Below are positions 26,752-40,686 of a stretch of DNA of 64,000 nt, piece by piece. The notes under the pieces were generated by a model that worked only from the letters and a program-made list of their open reading frames with translations, was not told the DNA's origin and ran no database searches. This DNA comes from Paragordius varius (lineage: Eukaryota > Animalia > Nematomorpha). The position numbers were made by a program, and so were the translations under genes. The stretch lies in assembly GCA_964247055.1 (NCBI GenBank), contig OZ176051.1, positions 7,068,001-7,132,000 of the forward strand, given 5' to 3'. Position 1 is the first letter of the stretch. The number at the start of each line of letters is the position of its first letter.

Positions 26752-29700
26752 AATATATAAATTTACTTTTTATATGTACCATATTGGCTTTTAATTAAAT
26801 ATTGTATATATATTTTTCCCTGTTAAACATCATCTATTTTTAACTTTTTGCATCCCTTTAAATTTACAACGTACACTACGTTTTGTGGTTTATATCATAT
26901 AAATTTCGTGAATTGTTTAATATGTAGTGTAATTTTCTCACCATACCATCGAAATAATTTATAGTTTTATTTCTGATTCACCCTGTGCTTAGGTTTTTTC
27001 ACCACCGGTGATGAACATGCCTATGCAAACAATGGAATTCGTGATCAAATTTTGGCTTTAGAATGGATTAATGCCAATATAAAATTTTTTGGGGGAGATC
27101 CCACCTCAATTTCTATTATGGGCGAGTCTGCTGGTGCGTCGTCAGTCAATATCCATCATTTTTCACCTTTATCTGGGTCTCGAGGTATAAACATTTTGAT
27201 TGAGCAACATTAATTAAATATTTAATTTAAAACTTTTTTTCGTTGAATGTTATAAGTGATTGTAAATGTTTTAGGGGTGCTTTTTTACAATGTTTATATA
27301 TTATTAAAATTATGAAAAAGGTTAAGATTTCGATAATTATTAATGAATTTTATAAGTGATTGTAATTGTTTGAGGTATGTATTTAAAATGTTTACATCCC
27401 AAAAGGTTGCAATTTATTACTAAGTTTTTCAACTTATTGTCAATGTTGGTTGGGATTCATAATTAATCTTAATATGGATAAATTTATTAATATTCAAAGT
27501 GTATAATAGTTTTATCAGGAAAATCTACATTTACAAAATAATCTTTTTTTTGTTTTGAAATTAAATAGACGTAAAACTAAAAACTAATAAGTAGACACAT
27601 TTTTGAACCTTAATTATTTATAACTATCATTTTGAGTTGAATAAATAAAAAAGATATTTTTTGTGCATTTGTATTATATAATCTAAATGATTACGATTAA
27701 ACATAAATTTGAGTGTGTGACCCATCGTATAGAAATCTAACATTTAAAATTGGTAAAAATATTGTCTACCACTTAATAAAAAATAGTTGTCTTTTAAATT
27801 CTAGTTTTTAATGTTTACTATTTTCAGGACTGTTTCGTTCTGTGATTATGATGAGTGGTACAGTTATGTCCCCATGGGCTATCTATAATACGCCAGCAGT
27901 GTCTTTGGCTATATCACGGTTTATAGCTTTGAGGTCCGGTTGTTTTTCAACTCCTCAAAATAGTGGGCTGAACGATGATACATTATCTTTCTCCAATGAT
28001 AATGTACCCTTAGAAATGTATATTACACTTTTTGTCCAAAGATATGGCACTTTGAACAATAGTCCGTTAAGGTTTACTTAATATTTTTGATAGAATTGTA
28101 TTTGAAATGAAATTTAAGCAAATTTTTTTAATATAGGCATGACGCCATGTTTCGAGCTCAAAATGCTAAATTGATGGAATGTATGCAACAAAGGAGTGTC
28201 AATGATTTGCTTTACACTTCGCACAAATTATATCCTAATTTACAGGATGCAAATTTTGAATCGGTTATATTTATAAAATTTGATGTTTTTCGATTTTTGG
28301 TTTAAAGTTTATACTGTTTATATAAGTGCTGGGCTTAATTACAATTTAGACTGTTATATATTCTCTGTACGACTTTATGTCGTATATACATGGAGAATTA
28401 TTTGAAATACCAATTAATATTTAAAGTTTAATTTATGTTGTTGTAACGAATTTAATCCGTGTTTTAAACGAATTTAAATCTTATCTTAATTTTTAATAAT
28501 TCCATGTCATTTCGATATTCAGGAAATAATATATGTTATAATATTATAAAATATAGGTTAAATATCATCTATTTTGTAAAATATTAATCCAAAATATTTT
28601 ATGAAGTATATATATCAAAATATTTCTTTAATAAAGGTTATATATTTATTTATGTAATTATTTAAGTATTTTCAATACTTACGACCAATCTGGGGTCCTG
28701 TCATAGATGGATCTTTCCATTATCCCGATAATTATATTCAACCGGTTTTGCCTGTTGAACCCATGCATCAATTGATTAAAGGGACTTTGCCTAGATTATC
28801 TTACTTTGTTGGCATGACACAAAATGAATACTCAACTATCTCAGGTTTTTAATGGCAAACTAATATTGTTTAGTTTTTGGAATAATTTAATTTTTTTTTA
28901 TTAAATTTAGAACCAGTTATTCAAAAATTTAGTATGGCATTGGATCGTGCCCTGCAAGATGGTATGTAAAATTATATTGTCTCAAAATTGTTTTTTTATT
29001 TTACAATAATTTTTTTTATAATATATTATTAGGTTCTGATAGCAAAAAATTGATGATATTGTTTGCTGATGTTATCCGTGATTATGTTAGGGCCCAAAAT
29101 ATTACGTTAAGTTTAAATGCGAACCCTAAATCGAATATACCCATAAATGATATTTCTTCGTTTCCATTCAATAATATGAGGCACCACGATAATGCTCTAA
29201 TTTTACAAGAGTTGTATCAAGGCCTGATAAAGAATGAACTTATAACACGTATAATATTTTATCATTACACCTCACATCTATCACCAAGTAAAAATTTGAA
29301 GGATCAAATACGGGATACCCTAATTGACGTAAGCTATTAATTTTATATTTTGTAAATCTGTATATAAATCATAAATATCCCTCATAAACTAATTTTTCTG
29401 ATTTTTGATTAAGTTGCAGCTTATTAATTATTGTTATAATGTTGAGAATACTTGCTCACAACCTTTATAGTTTGTGAGTAATAGCCCTTAAAATGTGGCT
29501 TAATTTAATAATATATATATATATATATATATTAAAAAAATCCGATTATAATTTTAATTTTAAAAATGTATTTCAAAAAAGCATTATTGAGCCATAATTT
29601 CTTCATATTTATCCTGAAAGAATTACGCTATTTAATTTTAGTTTAATATTATTCGCATTTGATTAATTAGGAACATTGATCTCAGAAAATAAAAATTTAA

Positions 29701-32478
29701 GTTTGCCCATGTGTAATTTTTTTCTAAATTTTTATTCTGTTCAAAATATTATAAAATATACTGATAGATGTTGACGGATCATCAATTTATGGCTCCCATT
29801 CACAAATTCGTGCGATATTATACAGATATGCTGAATATGAACAATGGCCACATTTCAGAACATGTTAATATACAACATTCGGCTAAGGTCTTTATGTACC
29901 TTTTTGATTATCGACCACAATACTCTAAACACGCAGAATGGAAAGGTTTTTTAAATAATAAAATATGAATGCAAAAAGAACATTGTATGGTTTTAGAGGT
30001 TATAACTCTTAAGAAACTATTATATAAGGGTTATTGCCAAAATAAAAATATTAAATATGAAAGTTTTTACAGTGTATAGCGATTTAAATTTCTCCATCTA
30101 ATTGGATCATACTAATTCATTATAAAAATTTATCAAAATTTGCCGCCATCAAAAAATGTATAATATATATTTATTTTTAATCATAATATTTTATTACTAA
30201 ATTAGTCGTTAAAATGTAATGAGTATTTTTATATTAATTTTTATGCGTCTAAAAGGCTTGAAAAAGGCGTGCATATAATCCAATTAACCTTAATATTAAA
30301 TAAGTTTTAAGAATCTAATCTAAAACGTAATATAATGGACAATTTTAATTGCAACTCTTTTTTATGTTAGGTGCTGGTCATGGTTCTGACCTGCCATATT
30401 TTATGGGTGCTCCATTCTTAAATCAACACAATTTCCCACGCAATTACGAATTTTCCGAAGTGAGTCAATGGACAGAAACAGATCGATACTTGAGCTCTTT
30501 CCTCATAAAATCAATTGCGAATTTCGCTAAATTTGGGTATATTTGTGTCGTAGTATTGTTATGAATTATTTCTTTAAACATTGATTATTATTATAATATT
30601 TAAACTTAAAAGGATTAAAACTTTAATTTAAATAGTTTTATCTGCGCATCAGGTTTTTTTTCAGCATTCAATGGCAATTAGTGCTATTCATAGATTAAAA
30701 CTATAAACAGACTTTCTATCGTATAATTTAGTCATCCTACTCCAGAATCTCCCTCAGGCATGCCATTAAATGTCAACACTTTAATGAGCATAGAAAGCAA
30801 TAACAATCATAGTTTAACATTTTACCCAATGTATGCATTGATGGGTACAACAAATAATTATTTATCACAAAATCCGGAAATAAGTCCCTTATCATACAAT
30901 ATACCACCACCAATATCTGCTAATAATCATCCTTTTACATATTCTGAACAGCAAAATTATTTACGTTACTTCAATACTCGCAACGCATTCAAATGGCCCG
31001 GCCTACCTAATATTATTCTTAATGTTGCAAATAAAATGGAATATGTCTATATTGGTAACTTTGAACCATCAACCACTGAAAAATTAATTATGAATAATGA
31101 TCTGAGTAACAATAGACCAGCTTTAAATGTAAAATTTGCCACTTATGTAGCAAAAATTAAAGAAAATTATCGTACATATTATGCCGCTGTTTGGAACGAT
31201 ATTATTCCATCGCTTGTACGGGACCGGGATGGTAAAAATTTTATTTAACATTCATGGTTTGCATTTTGACTTGTTAAAATTTGTTATAAAATGTCATTTT
31301 TATATGGTATTTCACTAAGTCATTTACATTTTTGATGGTATTAGAATTAATAGAATACGGTATATCTGGTCTTTATTAGCGATTCGGGTTTATGTCCTTT
31401 TTTTACTTTTTAAGCTATATTACACTTACCTAAATATATAATTTTACTAACCATATACTATATTTAAAGATATTTTTACTCAAACACTCTTTAAACCATC
31501 CATGGGCGATGCCACAAATCCTCATTTGTTGATGGCTTTGTTGACTACTGGTGGTCAATTTCGTAGCATTGATCATCCCTGTTCAACCATACTAAACATT
31601 TATAAAGTTGCAACATTTGCTCTTCTTGCCATCTGTCTTTGTTTGTTCACCGTAGTTTTTGTCCTTTTTTTGTGTCCTAAAATGTTGGAATTGGCACGAC
31701 GAGACTACCATACTAAATCTTATGCGGACGATAATATAGATGACCACGATCTCCCCAACATTACGCAATCCACAATCGACGATGTCAAATTTAGCTCTAA
31801 TAGCACTCATGAAAAAATAAACTCTGTAAACGAAAAAATAAGGTCAAACACTAGTAATAAAAGATATGATGAAAGTAAAAATACTCAGAATGGTAATCAT
31901 TCAAAACCATTTACCCGCATGAGCGATAGGGAAATTAGCGTTAAACAATTGAATGTTAATAATAATATGAGAAAAGGAGATAATTTTAATGGGAGTACAA
32001 CCCCATCGTCTCCTGTAAAGTCGGTTGATGATTATCACAATAGGTTATTTTTATTTTAATCATGTCAAATATATTTGGATAAAATGTGATATACATGAAA
32101 TAACAAATACCATTTTCAATGTATAAATCTTTAGTCAAATATAAGTTTATTTATTAGTAATGTCAAAATCATTACTTGTTTCACGGTTTTGTTGTTTTTT
32201 TACATAATAAACTTTATTTATACATATAATTATTGCTAATATCATATGACTTGTTACTAACTAGGACTCACACAACTATGTCTACTCTCAATTCCGAAAC
32301 CTATTATTCCAACGATGAAAATTTAGAAGAACCAATTGAATTGCAAAGTAATCGGGGAACAGATTGTGAAATTAATTATCCACACTATATAACTTCAACT
32401 ATGAAAAATTCTGCCGGGACGACACCGCAAAAGCAAAGAAATTTGGCTCCAATATGTAATATGAGTGAACCATTGTAA
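25749..32478 (+). CDS. Type-B carboxylesterase/cholinesterase-fold, neuroligin-like type I membrane protein (about 1069 aa)
   Basis: Exons: 25749-25811, 25836-25979, 26008-26151, 26548-26686, 26993-27184, 27828-28071, 28137-28263, 28667-28844, 28911-28961, 29033-29328, 29768-29945, 30371-30536, 30732-31231, 31470-32043, 32265-32478 (3210 nt, frame-consistent). Motifs: signal peptide, FLGIPYAEPPIG, EDCLYLNIYVP, VYFHGGSY, VNYRLGLLGFFTTGD, GGDPTSISIMGESAGASSV, GMTQNE, GAGHGSDLPY, NFAKFGHP. TM segment VATFALLAICLCLFTVVFVLFLC, then a long cytoplasmic tail. Confidence 0.92.
26717..26745. repeat. (AT)n microsatellite, intronic
   Basis: About 14 AT units; a second run lies at 29511-29532. Confidence 0.9.
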
Positions 32479-32816
32479 TGACGATATAATTTGATCTATT
32501 ATTTATCCATCTCGGTTTCGTTATTTTAATATATGTTTTAACCGGTGAACTTAGAATCAAAATGTATATATATTTATATCTACATTTATTTAATTAATAA
32601 GACATTAGTGATATATGTATTTTATAATTATAAATTATCATCCAAACCTTTTACAAATGGATCGATCTCTTAATCATGTGTATGCATTTATACATAAGTT
32701 ATTATGTATTTTAATTTTTATCTACTTGACCTTTTTTATGCAAATAATTATTTAACCAAATTATAAATTTATTTTTTGATAAACATTAATAATGTATAAA
32801 TAATTATATTTATATA

Positions 32817-35800
32817 TCAAAAATCTGGAGAGGCTTTCTTAATTTGTTTTCTATCATTCACTAAGTTTTCATAAAAATTTGATAATCGATTTCTAATTTC
32901 GGGATTGGTGATGTGATCAATATTAAATCCAACTTGGATATCGTTTTCCATCTTCTTATTCTTATTATTAGATATACCTGTAAAATATTTTGTTGGTTGT
33001 TTATTATTAATGTTATCAATATCAGTGCGATGTTGATGGCGAACTAAATCATTTTCAGAATGATGTTTAACATTTTTTCTCCTTTCAAAAATATCCTGAT
33101 GATCCCTGTGATTTATAAGTGGATGAGTATTTCCAGCCTTATAAACTGATTTTTTATGATTATTTTCTTGGCCTATTTTTTTACCACCTTTATTTTCCAA
33201 TTTTTGATGAGGTAAAAAGTTACCTTTGTAATTGTTGTTGTTAGTTGACACTTTTTGTGTAATGTTTGCACATCTTTTCCCATTGTACCCGTAATTATCG
33301 CTTTGTGAATCTAGGCATGGGCTACTTTTTTGATCACTTTCGTCATCATAGTATCCTTCGGAATTGCAATGGGCATAACAACTATCCGTCATCATATTAT
33401 CATTCCGATTACTGTACATTAATTTATTGCCATTATTGGCTGTTTTCTTAGGAGGGTGGTGGTGTTGTATCTTTCCAGTTTTATTAGGTGCATATATGCT
33501 ATGAGAGTGTTGTTTATCTTTTGTACGAAATCGTTCATAATGTCCTGATGATTCATCGCAAGGAGTTGTGGTCGTCGTGGTTGTATTACTCTGTGAACTG
33601 CTATTTTTGCGACAATATTCAGCATAATGGTTAATGTGCGTTGAAGGCCCCTCCACCTCCTCCTTTGGTGCATATGTAGTAAATAAACCCGTTTTCGTAG
33701 AAATTTTACGTAAAAATTTTTTAGATTGTCTAATGGGATTTTTTAGGTTAGATTTAAATGGCATATCAATATTATTATTATCATTATTATTAAAAATTAT
33801 ATTGGCTTTTTGTGTTGATTTATGTGCAAACTTTTTCTTCACACTCCATTCATCCCGCAAGGGAGAACGTTTGAGAGACTTTTTACTGCATTTTTCAGTT
33901 GCCGCTTGCGCACAGCCTTTGATCTTGCTTATTGAAAATTAAAATAATTAAATTTTGTTTATCAAATGATAGATTAAATAAAACATTAATAATTATAATA
34001 GAGTTTTATTTAAGAAATTATGTTTTTCTCGTATCTCCCTAAAATAATATGGATTGTTTTTCAAATCAACAATAATTAATATGAATGTTTATGAATGCAG
34101 TCATTTATGGTCCTTACCAGCTAATTATAGTTACCAATTAAACTAGATGTGGTCATAAGTATTTACCGGTAAGAGAAAACTAAAGTATCTCGACGTTTGA
34201 TTTGATACCGACATTTTGTTTATTTGATATCAAACAACACACACATAAGTTGAGTCGGCCAAATGGTAGCGTCTTTTTTTATCATTCAGCAATCATGTTG
34301 AATTTATACCTGAAAAAGAATATTTGCGCATTGCTTTTCTTATTGAATCAGGAAAGGCTCTTAAAGGTCATCGTTCGTTAATAAAAACATATGGTAAACA
34401 TACTGCATCGATTAAAACATGATTTCCAGATTTCGATTGTGATTTCAGTGTGGAAGAGAGTGGACACTCTAGACAGCACAATTGCGAAGACGATGAAGTT
34501 AAACATTTATTGGATGATGACTCAACTCAAAATTAACAATTGACAAAAGCATTAAGTGTATCACAAAAAAACAGTGAGTAGACTTCTACAAGCGATGAGA
34601 AAGACCAATAATGTTGGTAAATGGGCCCACACAATTCGAATGAAAGTAAGTCGTGTGAAATCCTGTTTCAATATCGCGAATTCGCATCGAATTGGGACAG
34701 GTGAGAAGTGGCATTATTTTAAAGTCCAAAAATGAAAAAATCGTGGCTTTTACCTATCCAAGCCGGTGCATCACCACCATGGCCAAATCGCTTTGGAAAG
34801 ATAATCATGTAAATCTGGTGGGGCCTGAGCGGTACTGTGTACTATAAACTAATGAAACCGGGGGAAACCGTTTAAACACAACACTATCGCTAACAAATAA
34901 TTTGTACCATGCATAATCGAAAAACGAGCGGAGCCCAGAAGACATAAATACTCTGGCTGCTTGACAATGATCCGTCTCTACATCAAAACCAGTAAAAGAC
35001 ACCTAATCTCGATGGTAATTTTGCATCCACTACTGACTAAAGCATCTTCGCATCGATTAGGCACACCCTCTTAGAGAGCAGTTAACTATTTTCGAAAACC
35101 ATATGGCTTATCGAATAGTTTGTCGTAAAAGATAATCAGTTTTTCTGACATGGCACTTTATCTGAGAGTGGGTGAAATGTGTGGAAGCCGTAGAAAAATT
35201 TTTAAATAAATAATCAATTAATTTTTCAATGTTACATGTTTTACCAAAAAAAACGGTAAATACTTATGACTACACCTGGTTATTATATTATAATCATTTA
35301 ATAGTTTTAGAATATTGAAATAATCACGAAAAACTATAGTTCTGTTTAGCATAATAAATGGCAATACATATTATTATATATCTATAAATATATATAGCTT
35401 GTAGATATATATAACACTGTGTGCAAAAAAGAGGGCTTAACAAAAATATTTTATTTGTTGACGACCTATTTTGAAATATTGAGAGATAAAATTGAGATAA
35501 AAGTGAAAATTAAGGATAATAAAAAAATAATGATAAAACTTAAGATATTATAGTTTATTATCATTTTAGCAGTACAACTTACAAATAGCCTAAAATCATA
35601 TAATTATGGTTTTTATAAAATTTCAGATCAAAAATCAAGTTTTTTTTATTAACATACTTAGACAAAATTTTTTTATGACACTATATTAAAATATTTTAAA
35701 TTATTTATTAGCTAAACTCACTATCATAATCTTAACTTTCATATTTTATTCAGTAAAAAAACTTATATGTCAAAATAAAACTAAAAAAATATTGTTTTTT

Positions 35801-38800
35801 ATTTTTTCATTTTTCATCTGGTTTATGAGTGCATAAAAAATTAACTGTTTTATTTAAACCTTACATGAACGGGAATAGGATATACAAATAGTAAAATATA
35901 AACCGACAATCGATAAATCTCTATAACAGGTTTTAACACAGATTAATATTTTTCTAGGTGTGCAGATTTTTCGGTTGATATTCCACTACTTTTAAATCCT
36001 ACATAAATTTATATACTTTATAATTCCCGCTCATGATAATTCCAAAATAAAACAGTAGTTTTTCATACAATAAACCAGATGACAAAAAAATGAAAAAATA
36101 AAAAACAATATTTATTTGTTTTAATGATATATAAGTTTTTTTGACTGAATAAAATACGAATGAAATTTTTATAGTGTGTTTGCTAGTAAATAATTTAAAA
36201 AAATAATACATTATGAGTTTCTAAAAAAGTTTTTGTCTTTTAAATAAGTTAATAGAACTTGATTATAAAAACCCTAACTATATGATTTTAGGATTTATAA
36301 ATTGTAAGTATTGTCTCTAATGATAATAGACCATAATATCTCAAGTTTATCATTATTTTTTTATTATCCTTAATTATCGTTAATTTTTACTTTTACCCCA
36401 ATTTTAATTTCCAAAATAGGTCGTCAACAAATAATCATTTTTGCGGCAAATGAATTCGTTGATAAGCTATCTCAGGAAAAATTTGTTTTTTGTTAAACCT
36501 TCTATTTTGCACACAGTGTAAGTTATATGTAATTACCTTTTTTGCACAAAGTATTTGATACCAACAATAATAACAGTAATTATAAGAATGGAACCGATGA
36601 TAATTACGCAAGTTTTTGTAGCTACAAAACGTAATTAAAATATTAAATTTATACTTCTTCCAACTATATACATATTAGTTTAGTTTATGATGTGGTTGCT
36701 TGTACATTAAATATTATAGTGTTTGGTTTATTATATTACAATTTATATGCAAGCTTTTTGGTTAAGTAAAAGTTTGAATTGGGTAGTTGTTGTAACGTTT
36801 GTTGTTAGATTAAAATTAATTATTAAACAAATAGAACTAATACCCTTCAGAATTGATTCCTTCAAATCATCGTAATAGTGTCTAGTTTCTAAAAAATAAA
36901 CCATTATATACTTGGTTTTGACCCTATCCTTTCAATAAATTGTGTTATATTATGTATTTTAAGCATAGTTGCCATGTCTTCATTTGCATCATCTATTTTC
37001 TCGGTCAGATTTGGCTCAGCTTTTTTCATAGTGATAGAATGCATGATGCTAGAAGTTTTTACAACGAATGTCGTTGGAATTGTCTTAACTTTTTCTATTT
37101 GCTCGATTGTCTTATGGTACTTTATTGTGTTTTGTGAAGGGTATATAGGGGCAATAGATTTCGGTATACCTGTGACTAAAAATATTTCAATAATTTTTAA
37201 ACATAAAAATAATTGATTGAAGGGTAAGTTTTACCGATTAAAAGCAACCGGCCTGATTACTTAATGCCGACATCATAATCATGACCAGCTATCTACCACA
37301 TATTAAGATATGTTGAAAATTCTGGAAAATAGGATTAACTAATCTAACGTTCTAATACGGATTTTAATTTCTAATGTAAAAACATATTTTCAAATTAATT
37401 GTTATTTTATAGGCCGTCACACTCACGACCAAAGGAAGCTAGAAATAATATCATGAGAAAATTTTAGTTTATATTGCACACTATCAAATCAAATATAATT
37501 TTTAATTGACTACTTTTTTTACTAACTTGCCGATTTTATGGTGAGACTCTTTTGAATATACTTTACACCCAAAAATATGTAATATCAACGATTATTTTCC
37601 TTTAGAACATGTAAAAAGTTAAAGTAAAATTTATTGGCTACATGTCTGACTGGTTTTCGTTTGCAAAATGGTTAAATTTTTAACCGTAGTAAAACATTGA
37701 TTTCAGCAAATGTGAAAAATAATATATAAACCGCTCCATTTAAACTTTCCAAAAAAAATCAATTTTAACCAACCATAATTTATTACCGTTTCGTCACTGT
37801 ATCATTACTATGTAGTTTTAATCAAAGCTTACACTTATTTATGGCAGAGTTTGGCTTAAATAAAAGTAAATTTTTTTAAATATGAATTTATCCTCTATAA
37901 TTATTATTATATTTTTTTATATGACTATAATTATAGAGATTTAAAACTATTTTTCCGATACCAAAACCGTTTAATACATTAAATTTTTTAGCACAAAGGC
38001 GAGTTTAATTTAAAGTTGAACCAACAAACGAATATTTTTCATTACCATTTGAAATGGAGTCAGTTAAATTGTGTATGGTTGAAAAGGTAGCGGCTTGTGT
38101 TGTCAAGATTTCTTCTCTCGTGTATTTCGTCCATACCGATACCTTGAAATAGGGGAGATTTTTAGCCCTGACATAAATTATTTTTTGATTGTTTTCTGAT
38201 GCCACAACTTTGGTAGCCAATGTCATTTCTTGTTTATCTTTTTCCATGGAGTTTCGATCAAACTTGGATGATTTCAAGGTACCGTCCGTGTTGTAATTTA
38301 TTAGCTGAATACTAACATATCGTCCATCTAACGGTTGCGCACAATATACCGTTAAATTTTGGCTCCTTTCTATATAATAGGTTTATTATAAATACAAGTT
38401 GAAACACTTTATATATATATTAAAAAGTATCCTGTTAAATATATTATATATATGTACTTTAGCTCATAAAGTTATTTGATGAAGTTATATCAATTTTATA
38501 GTAATTGATCAAAAACTCGTAAAGTAAGGAGATTAAATTATTATTTTTTGGTAGGTTTCAAACCAAAATAAATTAAAAGGGAAAAAACTTTTTATTATAT
38601 TTTTAAATGATTACAAAAATTGAAAGATTTGGTTATTTAATTTTAATAAATATGTTTAGCGGCAATTCATGTATATAAAAAGACCTCTAATAATGTATCA
38701 AAGTAATATATCGCTGTCAAATTTGAAAAGACGATTAAAAAATTAAATAATGATGAAGAATGTGCTCAATATTAATTTATATGTAATAATCTAACATATA

Positions 38801-40686
38801 ATGAAAAATCTTATAATTCGGCGTTTTGCGGTTATTTAAACACTTCGATTCGAGTTGGCATAATTAGCGCCCCTAGACCATTTTTAAATTGTAATTATTA
38901 AAAACTGAAAAAGACGGTTCCATTTTAAATTTATTCTTCTATATATACTAATAAAAATTATATAAATTAACCAAATTATATAAACAAAATTTAGTTTCGA
39001 AAAAATTCAATATCATATTTTGACGCCATTATTTTTTAATATTTTTTCAAAATCATCCTTTTTTGATTCTAACTCTAAAATTGAGGTTTAAAATCATAAC
39101 TAACATCAATCTATACAGAAAAAATGGTTCGTTTTCCATTATTTTTAGTTAGTGCCCAAAGGTCATGTTAACTAAATTTTTCAGGTTTATCCATAAAATA
39201 AGTAACATCAAATTTTTCTAATAAATTTTTTTATATTTCGGTGCATCAATGTTATATGATGGTTTCAATTCACATTTTTTGTGATTATAAACACCATGGG
39301 GTTACCACTAACCCCAATTTGAGTCGAAGACCTGAAACGAATGTGTTGTTTCAAAGTGTTCAGGACACAAGTTTTTTTAACGGATTTCTGTCAGACATTT
39401 AATACTCATAATATATATAAATATTTTGTATGAATTAATTCTTAATTTGATTTGAAACATTTATTTTATATCAAAAATTAATTTAACGGAATGTGCCTAT
39501 TTTGCGTTTTGATATGGAATTCATTAGAGTAAAATAAACATTTTTAATTAATAATCCCCAAAAACAGTATGAAAATTTAGATATATTTTTTGCCAGAATA
39601 TATTTTTTTATCGGGATTATGGCAATTTTAACTATATTAGCAAAATATACTAATTGGTCCACGGATAGTTTGACACAAGCTGTTTTCTCTGAAGTAAAGG
39701 CTGTCTCCAATTCTAACTTCTAAATTTTCCAGCACTGTAAACAAACAATTAATATAATAAGAAGCATTCAAACATATAGACAGAATCATTTAAAAATATT
39801 TTACGATGCAAAAATTGTTTTAATCTATTAAACCTTAACTGTTAAACTTGGTTAATAAAATATTATTATGTATAAAAAAACCAGATATAAATTTATAATC
39901 CTCGTTCATGGTAAAGTTTGATATTATATGTTGGTGATTTGCGATAGAGTCCCATGCTTCCAAGCCATTGGTGGGTGATACATATGCTTCAACACTCATA
40001 ATTTTGGCTGTTTGTTTTAAATCAACTACAATCCATGGATTTTGTGCTAATTTATTTAAGATCTCTCGGTGATTAATATCGCATAAACTTTGCAATGATT
40101 TTTTAACTTGTCCACTTTTATGCGATTTATATTCATGAGAGCACGTGTAATTGGTTTTATTCAATGCAATGTCAAGAGCTGTATATATAAGGCAGTTTTT
40201 TGAATTAAACCAAACATATTTAATTTCCAACATGTATATATATATATGGCATTTTTTCACATAGGATAATGTCAAAAAACAAAAATAAGATATCAGTAGT
40301 AATGTTATAATGGTAAAAAGTCAACGCACTATCAGAGTTATAAATAATAAAGACATATCGTATTTATGACAAAATTAAAATAATTTGATGTTTAACAAAA
40401 TCTAGTAATAAATAAAATTAAATTATATATCAACATGATTTGAGTAAAAACTACCACATAGAGGTGGGACACCAGACCAACCACCAACTTTTCGACACCG
40501 TCGTATTTGTGAACCCATAATACGTAAGTTAGGAATTTCATCACATTCATATTTAATGCTGAGCGGTATATTGCGAACTGTAGCCGTTGCACCTTCGGGA
40601 ACCTTAGGGAGTATGGAACATTCTTCAATCCCAAACGCATTATTGGGTAGTGTGGAAATTAAAAATATTACAACCAATTTAAGCAT
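32817..40686 (-). CDS. Single-pass membrane protein: signal peptide, sushi/CCP, F-type lectin (FTP)-like domain, stalk, TM, about 370-aa low-complexity tail (about 813 aa)
   Basis: Exons (minus): 40686-40455, 40178-39882, 39734-39651, 38369-38046, 37175-36912, 36888-36844, (36663-36655 optional), 36621-36537, 33927-32817; phases are consistent. Sushi: C...YEC...GSQIRRC...WSGVPPLC. FTP-like: DIALNK, PWIVVDLKQ, LENLEVRIGDS...NSLC, VYCAQPLDGRYVSIQL. TM: CVIIIGSILIITVIIVGIKYF. ORF 32817-33860 is the terminal exon, not a separate gene. Confidence 0.85.
34143..35279 (+). mobile_element. Mariner (Mos1/mauritiana-like) transposon, near full length, pseudogenised, in the last intron of the sushi-FTP gene
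   Basis: TIRs CTAGATGTGGTCATAAGTATTTACCG (34143) and CGGTAAATACTTATGACTACACCTGG (35254-35279). Broken transposase fragments: LRIAF...TYGKH, LLDDDSTQ, HRIGTG.EKW, PNRFGK, IWWG..GTVYYKLMKPGETV, WLLDN, WVKCVEA. Confidence 0.9.
35415..36518. mobile_element. Non-autonomous DNA element with about 250-300 bp imperfect TIRs (CACTGTGTGC...GCACACAGTG), Tc1-like termini
   Basis: 35415-35670 is an imperfect reverse complement of about 36230-36518, and the right end is followed by TA. No coding capacity is visible. Confidence 0.75.

Noticed and set aside
32817-33860. Stand-alone 347-aa orphan gene
   Set aside because: It starts at TTG, and a phase-2 acceptor at 33928 joins it to the TM exon 36621-36537, making it the last exon of the sushi-FTP gene.
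39632-39650. 19-nt intron
   Set aside because: The downstream frame is not FTP-like, whereas splicing 39650 to 38370 restores CAQPLDGRYVSIQL.
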